Virus record (IMG/VR): IMGVR_UViG_3300030095_001341
Coordinates: 1-24,995 of that record
DNA: 24,995 nt
Direction: 5' to 3' (one strand)
Origin: a virus
Lineage: Duplodnaviria > Caudoviricetes
This document shows positions 1 through 9,200 of the stretch, one piece after another (position 1 is the stretch's first letter; each line of letters begins with the position of its first letter). Both the position numbers and the translations under genes were made by a program. Below the pieces are notes generated by a model. The model did no database searches. It saw only the letters and a program-made list of their open reading frames with translations, and was not told the origin of the DNA.

Positions 1-1673
1 GGGTTGAAATACAGGCTTGCCTGACCCTGCTGACCTACCCATGAGAAGCGACACTTCCATACATGGATCTGGCTTTCGGTTTTGTTTGGGTCTGGACGAT
101 GGACTGTGAGTCCTACGTCTGCCTTGGCAAACCATGCGGCAGATCCTGATATATCATAGCCCTTTGGTGGCGGTATCTTGCCGTTCTGATCGCGCATCAT
201 CTTAGTTGGGTGTGCCACAAACCAGAGATGTATTCCATGCGACTGAGCGAACACCCTCAGCTTTGTAAGCATATCTGAAATCCAATCTGTCTCTGATATG
301 TCACGGCTCTTGGCTATGTAGTTGTATGGGTCAATGATCGCGCCCTTGATGCCATTCCGCATCACCGCAACCTTCAGCCTTTCGATAATTCCCTCGACTG
401 TAGCCATCGAACCATCAGCCTGATAGACAAAAGAGAAGTGAGATTGAATAAACGCTTTACCCCGTTCCAATTCATTTTTTGTCATTCGTGGTGTCACACC
501 ATCGAAGAAAGGCTTTTCAAGATACTTACTGATCAGCTTGGCTATGTGTATTCGTGGCTCGTTCTCAAACGAACAAATACCAAACTTCCAATCCTCCCGC
601 GAAGCAAGATTTATCATAATTTGGTCAATAAATTCTGACTTGCCTGATGATGGGTGACCAGTAACAACCGTGAGTTGCCCCTCTACAACGCTGTAAAGGT
701 TATCGACATTCGGGTAACCAGTCTTTGCCCCAGAACCCATACCGTTGTCATAGATGTCATCAAGCTGTTTGTAAAAGTGAGCGGCATCATACAGACCAGC
801 AACAGGCCAAGGCTTACAGAAGGCGGTAATGTCATCCAGTTTTTTCTTGCCGTGCTTTACGAGGACATCATTCGCGTCCTTGCAGTCCTCTGGGAACTCA
901 ACCTTCCAACACCTGTCCTTGCCTATGCGTCTGGCAATCTCCTCTGCCATTGCCTGTCCAGCACTGTCGTGGTCTGTCGCAATTATTATTTTCGCGGCTA
1001 GGTCTATTTTCTTTTTTGCATCCCATAAAAACTTAAATTTGTTGTCCTCTTCTGGATCAACATCTGCGTCCACCACCTTCATCACCGCGCCATTCGGCAC
1101 ACTCACCACGCTATCGTAACCAGCTTCCATAAACGACAGAGCGTCCATCTCCCCCTCACAAATAATCAGATCATCATTTGTCGCCACGTTATCAATATTA
1201 AAAAATGATTGTGGGCTGCCGTTACATGAAAAACCTTTATCCGACAAACTTCTTATTTTTGCCGCGTATTGTTGGCCTTGATTTGTGTATGGGAAAACAA
1301 CGCACTCTGTCTCAGCATTCAATGCGCGTATGTAGGTTTTGGATGTTTTTAGTTTTGCCTTATTTGCCGTATCTTCAGATATTCCGCGACTGTTGAGCCA
1401 AGCTATTGAGTTATCAGATAGTTCCTTGTAATCGTGCTTGACCGCTAGTTGCATCGGCTTTCTCCTAGTTTTAATTTCGTGAAGTTCCAATTTGATTTTG
1501 CCAGTCTCCAGACAATGGTGGCAGTTGTATAGGATGTGTTCTTTTTCAATATTCAGGGAAAGGTCTTTCATGCCCTTTTTTCTTCTTGTCGAAGAGCAAA
1601 ACGGACACTGAACCCTGTGTTGACCAGCGCCAAGTTTATGGGCTGTGCCAATGATAGAATTTTCAATTTTCAT
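1..1673 (-). CDS. Twinkle/T7 gp4-like bifunctional DNA primase-helicase (3' end truncated by window edge; absent from ORF track)
   Basis: Manual translation from ATG at 1673 (preceded by GGAGG) is open to base 1. It has a Zn-binding CPFC...CHHC domain, TOPRIM motifs ICEGEMDALS, ATDHDSAG and CKDANDVL, Walker A VTGHPSSGKS, Walker B IIDPYN, and SF4 motifs FVAHPTK, YDISGS and KCRF..GQQG. Confidence 0.95.
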   Translation of the reverse strand, partial: MKIENSIIGTAHKLGAGQHRVQCPFCSSTRRKKGMKDLSLNIEKEHILYNCHHCLETGKIKLELHEIKTRRKPMQLAVKHDYKELSDNSIAWLNSRGISEDTANKAKLKTSKTYIRALNAETECVVFPYTNQGQQYAAKIRSLSDKGFSCNGSPQSFFNIDNVATNDDLIICEGEMDALSFMEAGYDSVVSVPNGAVMKVVDADVDPEEDNKFKFLWDAKKKIDLAAKIIIATDHDSAGQAMAEEIARRIGKDRCWKVEFPEDCKDANDVLVKHGKKKLDDITAFCKPWPVAGLYDAAHFYKQLDDIYDNGMGSGAKTGYPNVDNLYSVVEGQLTVVTGHPSSGKSEFIDQIMINLASREDWKFGICSFENEPRIHIAKLISKYLEKPFFDGVTPRMTKNELERGKAFIQSHFSFVYQADGSMATVEGIIERLKVAVMRNGIKGAIIDPYNYIAKSRDISETDWISDMLTKLRVFAQSHGIHLWFVAHPTKMMRDQNGKIPPPKGYDISGSAAWFAKADVGLTVHRPDPNKTESQIHVWKCRFSWVGQQGQASLYFN

Positions 1674-1697
1674 ATGTTCCTCCATAGAACAGCAACC

Positions 1698-1726
1698 ACG
1701 ATATTCTCAGGAGAAAATGTTGTCAA
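1698..1726 (-). promoter_or_regulatory. Sigma70-like promoter for primase-helicase
   Basis: Minus strand TTGACA (1726-1721), 17 nt, TATCGT (1703-1698), about 25 nt upstream of the ATG at 1673. Confidence 0.6.
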
Positions 1727-1766
1727 CCCCGAAGTTGGGTTGAATGGTTTAGTTCGTGAATAGTGT

Positions 1767-1821
1767 TTATAATATATATATTATAATATATTTGGTTATA
1801 ATATATTAGTTATATATAACT
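1767..1821. repeat. AT-rich repeat/palindrome block, candidate replication origin
   Basis: Three copies of TTATAATATAT (1767, 1781, 1796), a perfect 20-bp palindrome at 1767-1786 and palindrome AGTTATATATAACT at 1808-1821, directly upstream of the primase-helicase. Confidence 0.6.
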
Positions 1822-2129
1822 TATTCTCTTTCTAATAAATGCTTGAGCAATCTACCTTTCATTTTTGCTAAAGCTGGTTTCATTGATAAAATTTCTATAA
1901 TATTTTTTTTCATCTTTGATGTGTCGAGCGAGGCAAGATCGCAAACAGTGTCGAAGTCTGGCGAGTTAATCCATTCCAGCACTGATTTCTTTTGTTTTAG
2001 ATCTTCAAGGTAGGCATCTGAAATAGCTTGGGATACCACCTGTCTCCAGAGGCGACACTCTGATGAGTGTTCTGGGGCAGTTTCTGTCAAGCGACCAATA
2101 TATATGCTTCTGTTTAACTTGTCTGTCAT
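1821..2129 (-). CDS. Conserved phage hypothetical protein (start uncertain)
   Basis: The E.RLW..V..QA..DA...W...DF..VCDLA pattern is typical of small phage proteins. Overlaps the 3' end of the rusA-like gene in another frame. Confidence 0.7.
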   Translation of the reverse strand: MTDKLNRSIYIGRLTETAPEHSSECRLWRQVVSQAISDAYLEDLKQKKSVLEWINSPDFDTVCDLASLDTSKMKKNIIEILSMKPALAKMKGRLLKHLLERE

Positions 2130-2400
2130 TTTCGTAAATAAGCCCCTGCATACAATCCAAAATCAAACTTTCATCAAGGTCTGGCCTTCTTGAGGAATAA
2201 TAAATTAACATCTCAACACATACATCCGACTTAAATAATTCGTCAAGTTTTTCACACTGATCACAAAATGTCTTTACATATTTTCGTGCCTTGTCGGATT
2301 TTATGGATATCGGCCTTCCTTTGAGTCTTACGATCTTTCTGCTGTTGGCCTTACTCGCTGGTTCTCCAAGTATTTGAAATTGATGTACTTTTTTAGCCAT
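2005..2400 (-). CDS. rusA: RusA-like Holliday junction resolvase
   Basis: 131 aa with N-terminal GEPASKAN, RRPDLD..LILD...GLIYENDRQV acidic motif and C-terminal PRTLIRV strand. Confidence 0.8.
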   Translation of the reverse strand: MAKKVHQFQILGEPASKANSRKIVRLKGRPISIKSDKARKYVKTFCDQCEKLDELFKSDVCVEMLIYYSSRRPDLDESLILDCMQGLIYENDRQVKQKHIYWSLDRNCPRTLIRVSPLETGGIPSYFRCLP

Positions 2401-2421
2401 ATTTAATATCCATCTTACCTA

Positions 2422-2452
2422 TTGACAATACTGTATGTAGATGCCATATAAG
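2422..2452 (+). promoter_or_regulatory. Probable promoter of rightward early operon in the divergent spacer
   Basis: Perfect TTGACA at 2422-2427. The -10 is ambiguous (CATATA at 17 nt, TATAAG at 19 nt). GGAG SD precedes ATG 2475. Confidence 0.55.
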
Positions 2453-2474
2453 TAATTCAAGTTGGGAGACTTAA

Positions 2475-3362
2475 ATGCAAATTACAAACAATCATAACCT
2501 ACCAGAATCATTCGTCAACTTTGCTCGTAACGACAAATACAGCAAGGGAAAATCTGACATCTCTGTCACAACTTTAATTGATAGCCCTCGCGTCAGGTTA
2601 CTGCGTGAGGCAAACTCTGCTCAATTAACATCCGATGCGTCAGATATGATCTGGCCTCTTTTCGGTACTGCTGTTCACCATATACTTGAGAGTTCAAAAA
2701 ATGACGAGGGCGTGACGCTTGAGGAGCGTCTTTACGCCGATGTCAATGGATGGATTTTATCTGGTGCTGTTGACCATCAAAAAACCGATGGAAAAACAAT
2801 CTCTATAACAGACTACAAAGTCACCAGTGTGTGGTCTGTAATATATGGGAAGATCGAATGGGAACAGCAACTAAACTGCTACGCTTTTTTGGCACAAAAA
2901 AATAGGGGAATGAAAGTCAAGTCTTTACAGATATGTGCCATACTTAGGGATTGGAACCGCCGTGAGGCAGAGCGTAAGGAAGAGTATCCAAAAGCACCAG
3001 TTGTTTTAATTGACATACCGATCTGGCCTGACACAAAGCGGATTGAATACATAAAAGAACGGATCGCCATGCATCAGGATGCACAGGTTGGTTATGACCT
3101 GTCTAAGGACTTTCCACTATGTTCCGATGAAGAACGCTGGAAGCGTGGCGAGGCATGGGCTGTAAAGAAAAAAGGCTTGAAAAGGGCTATGAGGGTTTTT
3201 GATAACCAAGAAGAGGCTGAGGTGTATGCCTATGATTGGGAGAAGATTAATGACGGCAAGATAGCCGTTGTTGAACACCGCGCTGGTGAATATGTGCGGT
3301 GTAATGGCGACTACTGCGGTGTCGCTAATTTTTGCTCACAGTTCAAAGGAGATATAGTATGA
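2475..3362 (+). CDS. PD-(D/E)XK (Cas4/RecB-like) exonuclease
   Basis: Motifs GTAVH, E, SGAVD, TDYK, QLNCY, plus a C-terminal Cys cluster (C...RCNGDYCGVANFC). Immediately upstream of an annealase. Confidence 0.8.
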   Translation: MQITNNHNLPESFVNFARNDKYSKGKSDISVTTLIDSPRVRLLREANSAQLTSDASDMIWPLFGTAVHHILESSKNDEGVTLEERLYADVNGWILSGAVDHQKTDGKTISITDYKVTSVWSVIYGKIEWEQQLNCYAFLAQKNRGMKVKSLQICAILRDWNRREAERKEEYPKAPVVLIDIPIWPDTKRIEYIKERIAMHQDAQVGYDLSKDFPLCSDEERWKRGEAWAVKKKGLKRAMRVFDNQEEAEVYAYDWEKINDGKIAVVEHRAGEYVRCNGDYCGVANFCSQFKGDIV

Positions 3363-4024
3363 GCAGTGTTTGGGAGACCTTATCCAAGGTTGATGTTTCG
3401 GATCATACCGAAAAAAAGAATGGCCTGACTTATTTGAGTTGGGCATGGGCTTGGGGCGAGGTAAAAAATGCTTTCCCTAACGCCAAATATGTAAAGCATA
3501 TCTGGTCTACCGAGACCTATCTGGACAACCCAGAAAGACCTGATCGTGGTTTACCATACACCAAAGACGAGCATGGCTATGCCTATGTGGCTGTTACTGT
3601 TCGGATCGGTGAGGATGAGCAGACGGAGATCATGCCTGTTCTGGACTATAAGAATAAATCTGTTCAAAACCCAGATAGCTTTCAAGTCAATACCGCCTTA
3701 CAGAGATGCTTGGCAAAATGTTGCGCCATGCACGGATTGGGTCATTACATTTATGCTGGAGAGGATTTGCCGGAGGGTGTAGATCAGAAGGTGTCTGTAA
3801 CGTCCGCAGATGGCTCTGTGAAGGACGTTGAGGGTATGAGCCTATTATCAGAGGTGTTTCTGACTTTCATCCCTGAGTGTGCCAATTTGGACGATTTAAG
3901 GAAGTTCTGGGGTACTAATAAAGAGGCTTTGGAAATTCTAAAGAAGGGTGATGCCGCCCTATATCAAAAAGTTCTAGGGAACTTTACCACTCATAGTGAA
4001 AAATTCAAAGGAGAAGAGAAATGA
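3359..4024 (+). CDS. Sak-like (Rad52 superfamily, DUF1071-type) ssDNA annealing protein
   Basis: YLSWAWAW, EIMPVLDYKNK and QRCLAKCCAMHGLGHYIYAGEDLP motifs. Start revised to ATG 3359 (AAGGAG SD, ATGA overlap with the upstream stop). Confidence 0.85.
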   Translation: MSSVWETLSKVDVSDHTEKKNGLTYLSWAWAWGEVKNAFPNAKYVKHIWSTETYLDNPERPDRGLPYTKDEHGYAYVAVTVRIGEDEQTEIMPVLDYKNKSVQNPDSFQVNTALQRCLAKCCAMHGLGHYIYAGEDLPEGVDQKVSVTSADGSVKDVEGMSLLSEVFLTFIPECANLDDLRKFWGTNKEALEILKKGDAALYQKVLGNFTTHSEKFKGEEK

Positions 4025-4311
4025 GTGATTATCCACCATCGGGAGTCTTGTTTTCTAACAAGAAAAAAACCAAGGAAACCTCACCTGACTATACAGGTAA
4101 ATTAGAGTTAGGTGATGAGGTCATAAGTGATCTTGTTTCGCAGATGGAGAGGGGTGTTGAAAAGCCTGTCTTGTCTTTGGCTGGTTGGAAAAAGACTGCC
4201 AATAAAACAGGGGAGACATTCTTGTCTCTGAGGGGGAATAAGTATGAGGAAAGGGGTCAGGCTCAGGGAAAGCCAGCCCCAGTCACTTTAGATGATGAGG
4301 TGCCGTTCTAA
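4021..4311 (+). CDS. Putative single-stranded DNA-binding protein (DUF736-like)
   Basis: SGVLF.N.K...PDY.G...LAGW.K...G.TFLSL pattern and SSB-like acidic tail DDEVPF. ATGA-coupled to the Sak-like gene. Confidence 0.65.
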   Translation: MSDYPPSGVLFSNKKKTKETSPDYTGKLELGDEVISDLVSQMERGVEKPVLSLAGWKKTANKTGETFLSLRGNKYEERGQAQGKPAPVTLDDEVPF

Positions 4312-4640
4312 TGACAAATCTTATTAAAAAATTCTTTGCTGCTATATCAGGAAAGCCTGTTTATCAAAAGTCAACAATGTCAATAACAAAAAGGCCGGTA
4401 GAACACTTTGCTGTCTTTCAACACGTTAGCCAAGACGGAAATGATTGTCAGATAAAATACGGATGGCACGTTAATACATCCAAGCTGATGAAGGTTGGTG
4501 ATTACGCCAGACTTCCAGAGGCTCAGGCCGCAGGACTTTATCAAGCGATAATTTCACAACACGGGTCTAAGTCTGCAAGGACAAAAACTGTTTTTGCTAA
4601 CAGGACTGGCACGATGAAAATTGTGGAAAGGGTAAGGTGA
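4311..4640 (+). CDS. Hypothetical protein
   Basis: 109 aa, TAATG-coupled to the upstream gene and overlapped by the downstream start, GAGG upstream. Confidence 0.7.
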   Translation: MTNLIKKFFAAISGKPVYQKSTMSITKRPVEHFAVFQHVSQDGNDCQIKYGWHVNTSKLMKVGDYARLPEAQAAGLYQAIISQHGSKSARTKTVFANRTGTMKIVERVR

Positions 4641-4912
4641 TAAAGGCCTCTAGGATCAGGTCTTCTAAATATCTAAGAACCTTGCGCGGTTCGCCGTGCT
4701 TGGTTTGCGGATATGGCGCAGAGGCACACCACATCATGTTCGCAGAGCCTAACGCTATGGGAATGAAGGTGGGAGATAATTGGTGTGTTCCTCTGTGCCA
4801 CCCCTGTCATATGAAACTGCACCACTTTGGCGATGAAAGAACGTGGTGGGATTTACAGGGAGTTGATCCAGTTGAGTGGGCTAAATCGAATTGGGAGAAA
4901 TTCAATGGATGA
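4637..4912 (+). CDS. DUF968-like Zn-binding HNH-type protein
   Basis: RSSKYL...PCLVCG...AHH...MGMKVGD...PLCHPCH..LH. GTG start overlapping the upstream stop. Confidence 0.75.
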   Translation: MIKASRIRSSKYLRTLRGSPCLVCGYGAEAHHIMFAEPNAMGMKVGDNWCVPLCHPCHMKLHHFGDERTWWDLQGVDPVEWAKSNWEKFNG

Positions 4913-5075
4913 AAGCATACAAATTGCTTACGACTTGAAGCATCAGATTGAGTGTTTACCAGAACACATTAGACGAAATGTATTTGTTGATGGATCGGAA
5001 ACAGAGCATGATATGTTGGCTAGAATAGCCATAGTTGTTCATGCCCTTGAAACCCATCAAACTGACATAAAGTGA
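4905..5075 (+). CDS. Hypothetical protein (56 aa)
   Basis: Start revised to ATG 4905 (GGAG upstream). Fills the operon gap. Confidence 0.6.
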   Translation: MDESIQIAYDLKHQIECLPEHIRRNVFVDGSETEHDMLARIAIVVHALETHQTDIK

Positions 5076-5082
5076 GGAACAG

Positions 5083-5412
5083 ATGAAAAATATTTTAGAT
5101 ATGAGCCTTGATGAGTTTTCCTGTCATTTGAAAGACCTTGATGACAAGGTGTTAAATTTCAAACTGCATGAAGAGGCATTAAAGGACAAAAGAAAAGACC
5201 CTAGAAGCACTAGGCTATATACCAATAGAAAGAGGGGCAACTTCCACGGAAAAGGCAAGTGGGTTCATTTGACCTCTCATAATCCACTGCACAACACCAT
5301 GCATAATTCAAGGGAGTCAGTAATAAGACAGGCTATAAGTGGACTGAATGAACTTAACAACACAGTTAACACTGGCAAGCCAAGACAAAATCAGATGAGG
5401 GTGGAAAGATGA
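5083..5412 (+). CDS. Hypothetical basic protein
   Basis: GAGGA SD, 109 aa, ATGA-coupled to the next gene. Confidence 0.7.
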   Translation: MKNILDMSLDEFSCHLKDLDDKVLNFKLHEEALKDKRKDPRSTRLYTNRKRGNFHGKGKWVHLTSHNPLHNTMHNSRESVIRQAISGLNELNNTVNTGKPRQNQMRVER

Positions 5413-5840
5413 ATGAGGTTCGGGATGCGGCTGTAAATTTTGAGGCAGTAAAAATATCCATGTCTCAAGATAGAAACGGTATTACTCTCAGGCTATCCCT
5501 GCACCCAAACGAGTGTCCACCAAGTCTACACACTGATTGGGTTGGGTCTCGCTACATGGTAGCAATGGTCAAGTTAAATGATCAGGAAGAGCCTGTAGTG
5601 CCTGAGCAAGAGCGTGAGATAAAGAGGATGATATCAAGCGCAGGAATGCTTTGTCGGAATGAGGATTTTGGTGTCTTTATCGGTGCGGAAGATAACACCG
5701 AAGAAAGCATTGCCAACACCATGAGAGCGAAACTGGAAATACAATCAAGGACTGATCTCAGAAACAACTCTGAGGCCAGAGAAAAATTTAAGAACTTAAC
5801 AGAGGGATTTGAGAGATGGAAAAAGGGATATCAACAATAG
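5409..5840 (+). CDS. Conserved phage hypothetical protein
   Basis: 143 aa with FEAVK.SM.QD..G..L.L..HP...VGSRYMV..V and AGMLCR...F motifs. Operon coupling. Confidence 0.75.
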   Translation: MNEVRDAAVNFEAVKISMSQDRNGITLRLSLHPNECPPSLHTDWVGSRYMVAMVKLNDQEEPVVPEQEREIKRMISSAGMLCRNEDFGVFIGAEDNTEESIANTMRAKLEIQSRTDLRNNSEAREKFKNLTEGFERWKKGYQQ

Positions 5841-6010
5841 ACGAGCTTATTTCCATAAAGGATTTATGCTCTGTTTTATCTATGACCAGACAATCTTTGT
5901 ATGGGATAAGAAAGAATGATGAGAGCTTTCCAAAGCCAATCATTCAAAATCCACAGAGGTGGACTAAGAGATCTATTCAAGAATGGATAGATGGTAAAAG
6001 TTCCACATAA
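5816..6010 (+). CDS. AlpA/excisionase-like helix-turn-helix protein
   Basis: LISIKDLCSVLSMTRQSLY....FPKPI....RW....IQEWI is the AlpA-type signature. Confidence 0.8.
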   Translation: MEKGISTIDELISIKDLCSVLSMTRQSLYGIRKNDESFPKPIIQNPQRWTKRSIQEWIDGKSST

Positions 6011-6015
6011 CTTTT
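5996..6015. promoter_or_regulatory. Copy of recurrent palindrome (AAAAGTT-CCACAT-AACTTTT), followed by a T tract
   Basis: Inverted repeat spanning the stop codon of the last early gene, with the same arms and spacing as the copies at 21526 and 22592. Confidence 0.5.
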
Positions 6016-6018
6016 TTT

Positions 6019-6208
6019 GGGGGGTAATCACAACTCCTTTCCGTGGGCAACGAGCAGTAGGTTTGTCGATGTCCTAGCCCTCTTCCTAAGGGGCAGAACA
6101 CAAGGCTATAGATCTCTAATCACTCAGTCCCCATGTATGTTTATTGCTGTGTGATGTGAGTAAAATCGAGATTACCTTAAAGCATGACGAGATCAATCTA
6201 TAGAACAC
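6019..6208. ncRNA. Candidate structured RNA or cis element in the convergent spacer
   Basis: No credible ORF. Complementary segments include GGTAATC 6023-6029/GATTACC 6170-6176, AGCAGTAGG 6053-6061/TTTATTGCT 6140-6148 (with G-U pairs), and a GCCC..GGGC hairpin at 6077-6094. Confidence 0.25.
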
Positions 6209-9200
6209 CTACAAATCTTTTGCGGCAATGTTGGCGCGTTTAACTAACGCCTCAACTTGCTCGCTTAATCTCTCTATAATTTTTTCTTTTTGCTCATCAG
6301 GTATTCTGGGGTTGTCTTTTATTTGAGCCATTTTTCTTAATAATCTGTTCCGACCATTATTTATAGATTTTATTATACCAGCTATCCTGAGTTCATCGGC
6401 ATACTTTAATCTGGTTCGATCAATTAACTGAGTGTCTCCGCGCTCAAAGGCATCTTGCAACACCTCTCTCGCTTGCAAAACCTTATCTCTATTGTTTATG
6501 AACAGGGCAAGATCTTCTCGTTCAGATGCAGAGTAAAACACTTTTCTAAAGAAAGGTATTTGCCTGACCATTTTTTCATCAAACCCATCCTCCAGAGCTT
6601 TAGGCAAAGTAACTGTTCCAAGATCTGTTGATAATTTTACAAAATTACCAGCTCCACCTGTAACAAAGTTAGTCCAAAACTCAATGACATCAGGGGATAA
6701 ATCTACAATACCTTTCTCTACGGATGATCCACCAGTCAAAGTGTTTATGTTTTGCGCTATCCACTTTGCAGAGGGAGATGTTGTAGACCAATATAGTTGA
6801 CTGTCAGGTGGTGGCGTTGGGTCAAATGGAGATGTCTCCTTGTATATTGGCTTCCCTGCAAAGTTCTCATTGGTGAAAATGTCAATGAATGGATCTAATA
6901 TGGTTGGCAAAGCTGAAGTAGAGAATTTTTCTGTTGCCCCAAGTGGGTTAAGAACTTCATGTAGCGTTCCAAGCATAGATTCACCAGCCTCAGTAGGGGT
7001 GTACCCACCTCTTGCCGCCCTACTGAGAGATCTTCCAATGTTAGTTGCCATATTTAATCCGTATGGCAGCGGTATGGTCATGTATGACCTTCCGGTTACA
7101 CCGAAAAAGTCTGGTATTATCCAGTTATGTTCCAATACATGGTCGGGGATTTTGTCATACACCAACTGACCATCTTCGTCCTCATCAGACATTGCCGCCA
7201 TTATCTGATCTTGCAATAATCCAGATACCATCAAACCAACCCACAATTTACGCACTGTGGGGGATCTGGTGGCGGCGTTTAAGAGCGCGAATGTTCCTTG
7301 CAAAGATGCGTTATAGAACAGATACCAGCCATTCATTAAAGGTTTGTATTGACCACCTTTGGCAAAATCCACACTAACATTACGAGCGGCAAAAGCGGCC
7401 CTCTCTTCACTCATTCCCCTTCTAACAAGAGCCTTAAACGTAGAAACACGAACCGCATTTTCAACGACAGTGTTGGAATTTTCTAAGAGACTAAACAGAC
7501 TTCCTATTTTTTCTCCAACAAAACTATTTTTGACATTGTTCCACTTGCCCTTAAATCCCTGATCGCTGATCCCGTCAGCAAGTCTTTTAATGTTGGCAAC
7601 CTGATCATTTAGATCGCTGATCTGGTTTGTGGCATTCTGACCGCCAGCTTTCTGGAATCTTCTAAATAAAGCCGCGCCAGTTAAATCTGCCGCCGAGATA
7701 TTTGGATCATCTGTTACGTTCTTTTCATCAATCACAACGTGTTTAATTGATTTTGCGGCTTCAACGAGGCCACCCATAACCTCTCTCACAATACCTTTCT
7801 CATCAAACTGACTAATATTTACGCCAACAGTCTGAAGGTCTCTAACAAGGTTTGTTATTAAGAACTCTGGGTTGTAGGAGGTGTTGATGTTAGACAAATA
7901 TCTATTCAAAGTACCCATTGCCTTGGTTAGGCCACCTGCGTTTTGAATCGACCCTCCGACACTGCCTTTTAATGCCTCTGCAAGTCTCCTGTCTCTAAAC
8001 CTAACATAGACATGCTCCCCACCTCTTTTAACAGTCAATATATGTGGGTCATTTACAGCGTTCCTATCAACTATTGTTCTCACAGAACCATTAACAAGCC
8101 CTCTGGTTAATGGAGCCTTTCTTTCTATGGTTGCGTATTGACTGGTTAACTGAGGATCGGATTCAAGAAGCTCTAAGAAAGATATGCCAACCTTATTTCT
8201 TTCTGATCTTATTACCGCGTTTTGATTTTGTAAAAACACTGCTGCCAAAATATTGGTGGCATAATCATATCTTCCAAGGTGTCTCTGATCTTCACGACCC
8301 CTAACTGAATAACCTTTTGTGCCAGCTCCACCTGTGTAATATCCATCCTCTTGGGCCTCTCCATCAGCATCAAATATACCCCTCAACGGAACATAGTTTT
8401 TGTAACGAGGTGGTGGTGTGTTCTCTCCGTTTTCTAAAAGTAATGGTTCTGGACTGTCAAAATCAGGAGTTAATCCAGATGAAACCCTAACCCTGTTTGT
8501 GTCGGCAATAATCGCACTAACTTTTTCTTGAGCGTTCTTTACTATGGATCTGTTTTGAACATCAAGATTTTCTACCCATGCGATTATGCGGTCAGCCTCA
8601 GCGTTATCCATTCCAGACCCAAACTCAAGATCGTTGTTTATTGACGCTATATAGGCGTTTCTTTCTTTCGCGTGTAAGGCATAGAGATAAGCATCAATCA
8701 CAGCCATTTTTGTACTGTCTGTGTCCTCTATGGCCTTTCTGACGTAGTCACTTTGACTTTTCAAAGACTCAAGGGAATCGTCAGTTATGTTTAGGGCTTT
8801 TACTGTGTTTACTAACGGCTCATATACCTCTTTTTGTCTTGTGTTTAATTGATCACCAATCCTTCCATGAAATAACGTCTCCTGTAAGTATGTGTCCATG
8901 CCATCGGCTATGGACAACCCTTTTGACTTGAGGTCATCAATCATTTTTGCCACTGGCAAGAATGCATCTTGAAATTTAATGAGGAAATCCTCAGATACCT
9001 TGTTTGCCTTATCTCTGCTCAATAATGGATTGAAGCCCCCCAAGCTCAATATTTTAGCTATTGTATTATATGACGCAGAATAGGTGATGAAGTTGTTTTG
9101 ATCGGCAACCCTCATCGGCGTGGAGTCAGCGGCAACTGGAGAGAAAGAAACACTGCGCTTTCTCTGCCTTTCTTTAATGGCTTTTGAGTCTGGGAAAGCT

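Noticed and set aside
438-1763. Five plus-strand ORFs in the track
   Set aside because: They are antisense shadows of the continuous minus-strand primase-helicase and show no motifs.
2429-2448. TACTGTATG resembling half of an E. coli LexA box
   Set aside because: The second half-site (ACAG) is missing.
2475-3362. Cas4-like nuclease suggesting a CRISPR system
   Set aside because: No repeat-spacer array or other cas genes seen. Context next to Sak indicates recombination.
5876-6041. Minus-strand AAGGAG followed by a GTG-started ~50-codon ORF antisense to the AlpA-like gene
   Set aside because: SD-to-start spacing is only 2 nt and the peptide has no recognisable features.
6019-6087. tRNA-like look (G-rich 5' end pairing with GCCCTCT, GTAGGTT..CCTA arm)
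   Set aside because: No proper D arm, anticodon arm or TTCG T-loop. Not supportable as a tRNA.
5816-6208. Prophage integration module implied by the Xis/AlpA-like gene
   Set aside because: No integrase or host genes in the window, so lifestyle cannot be called.
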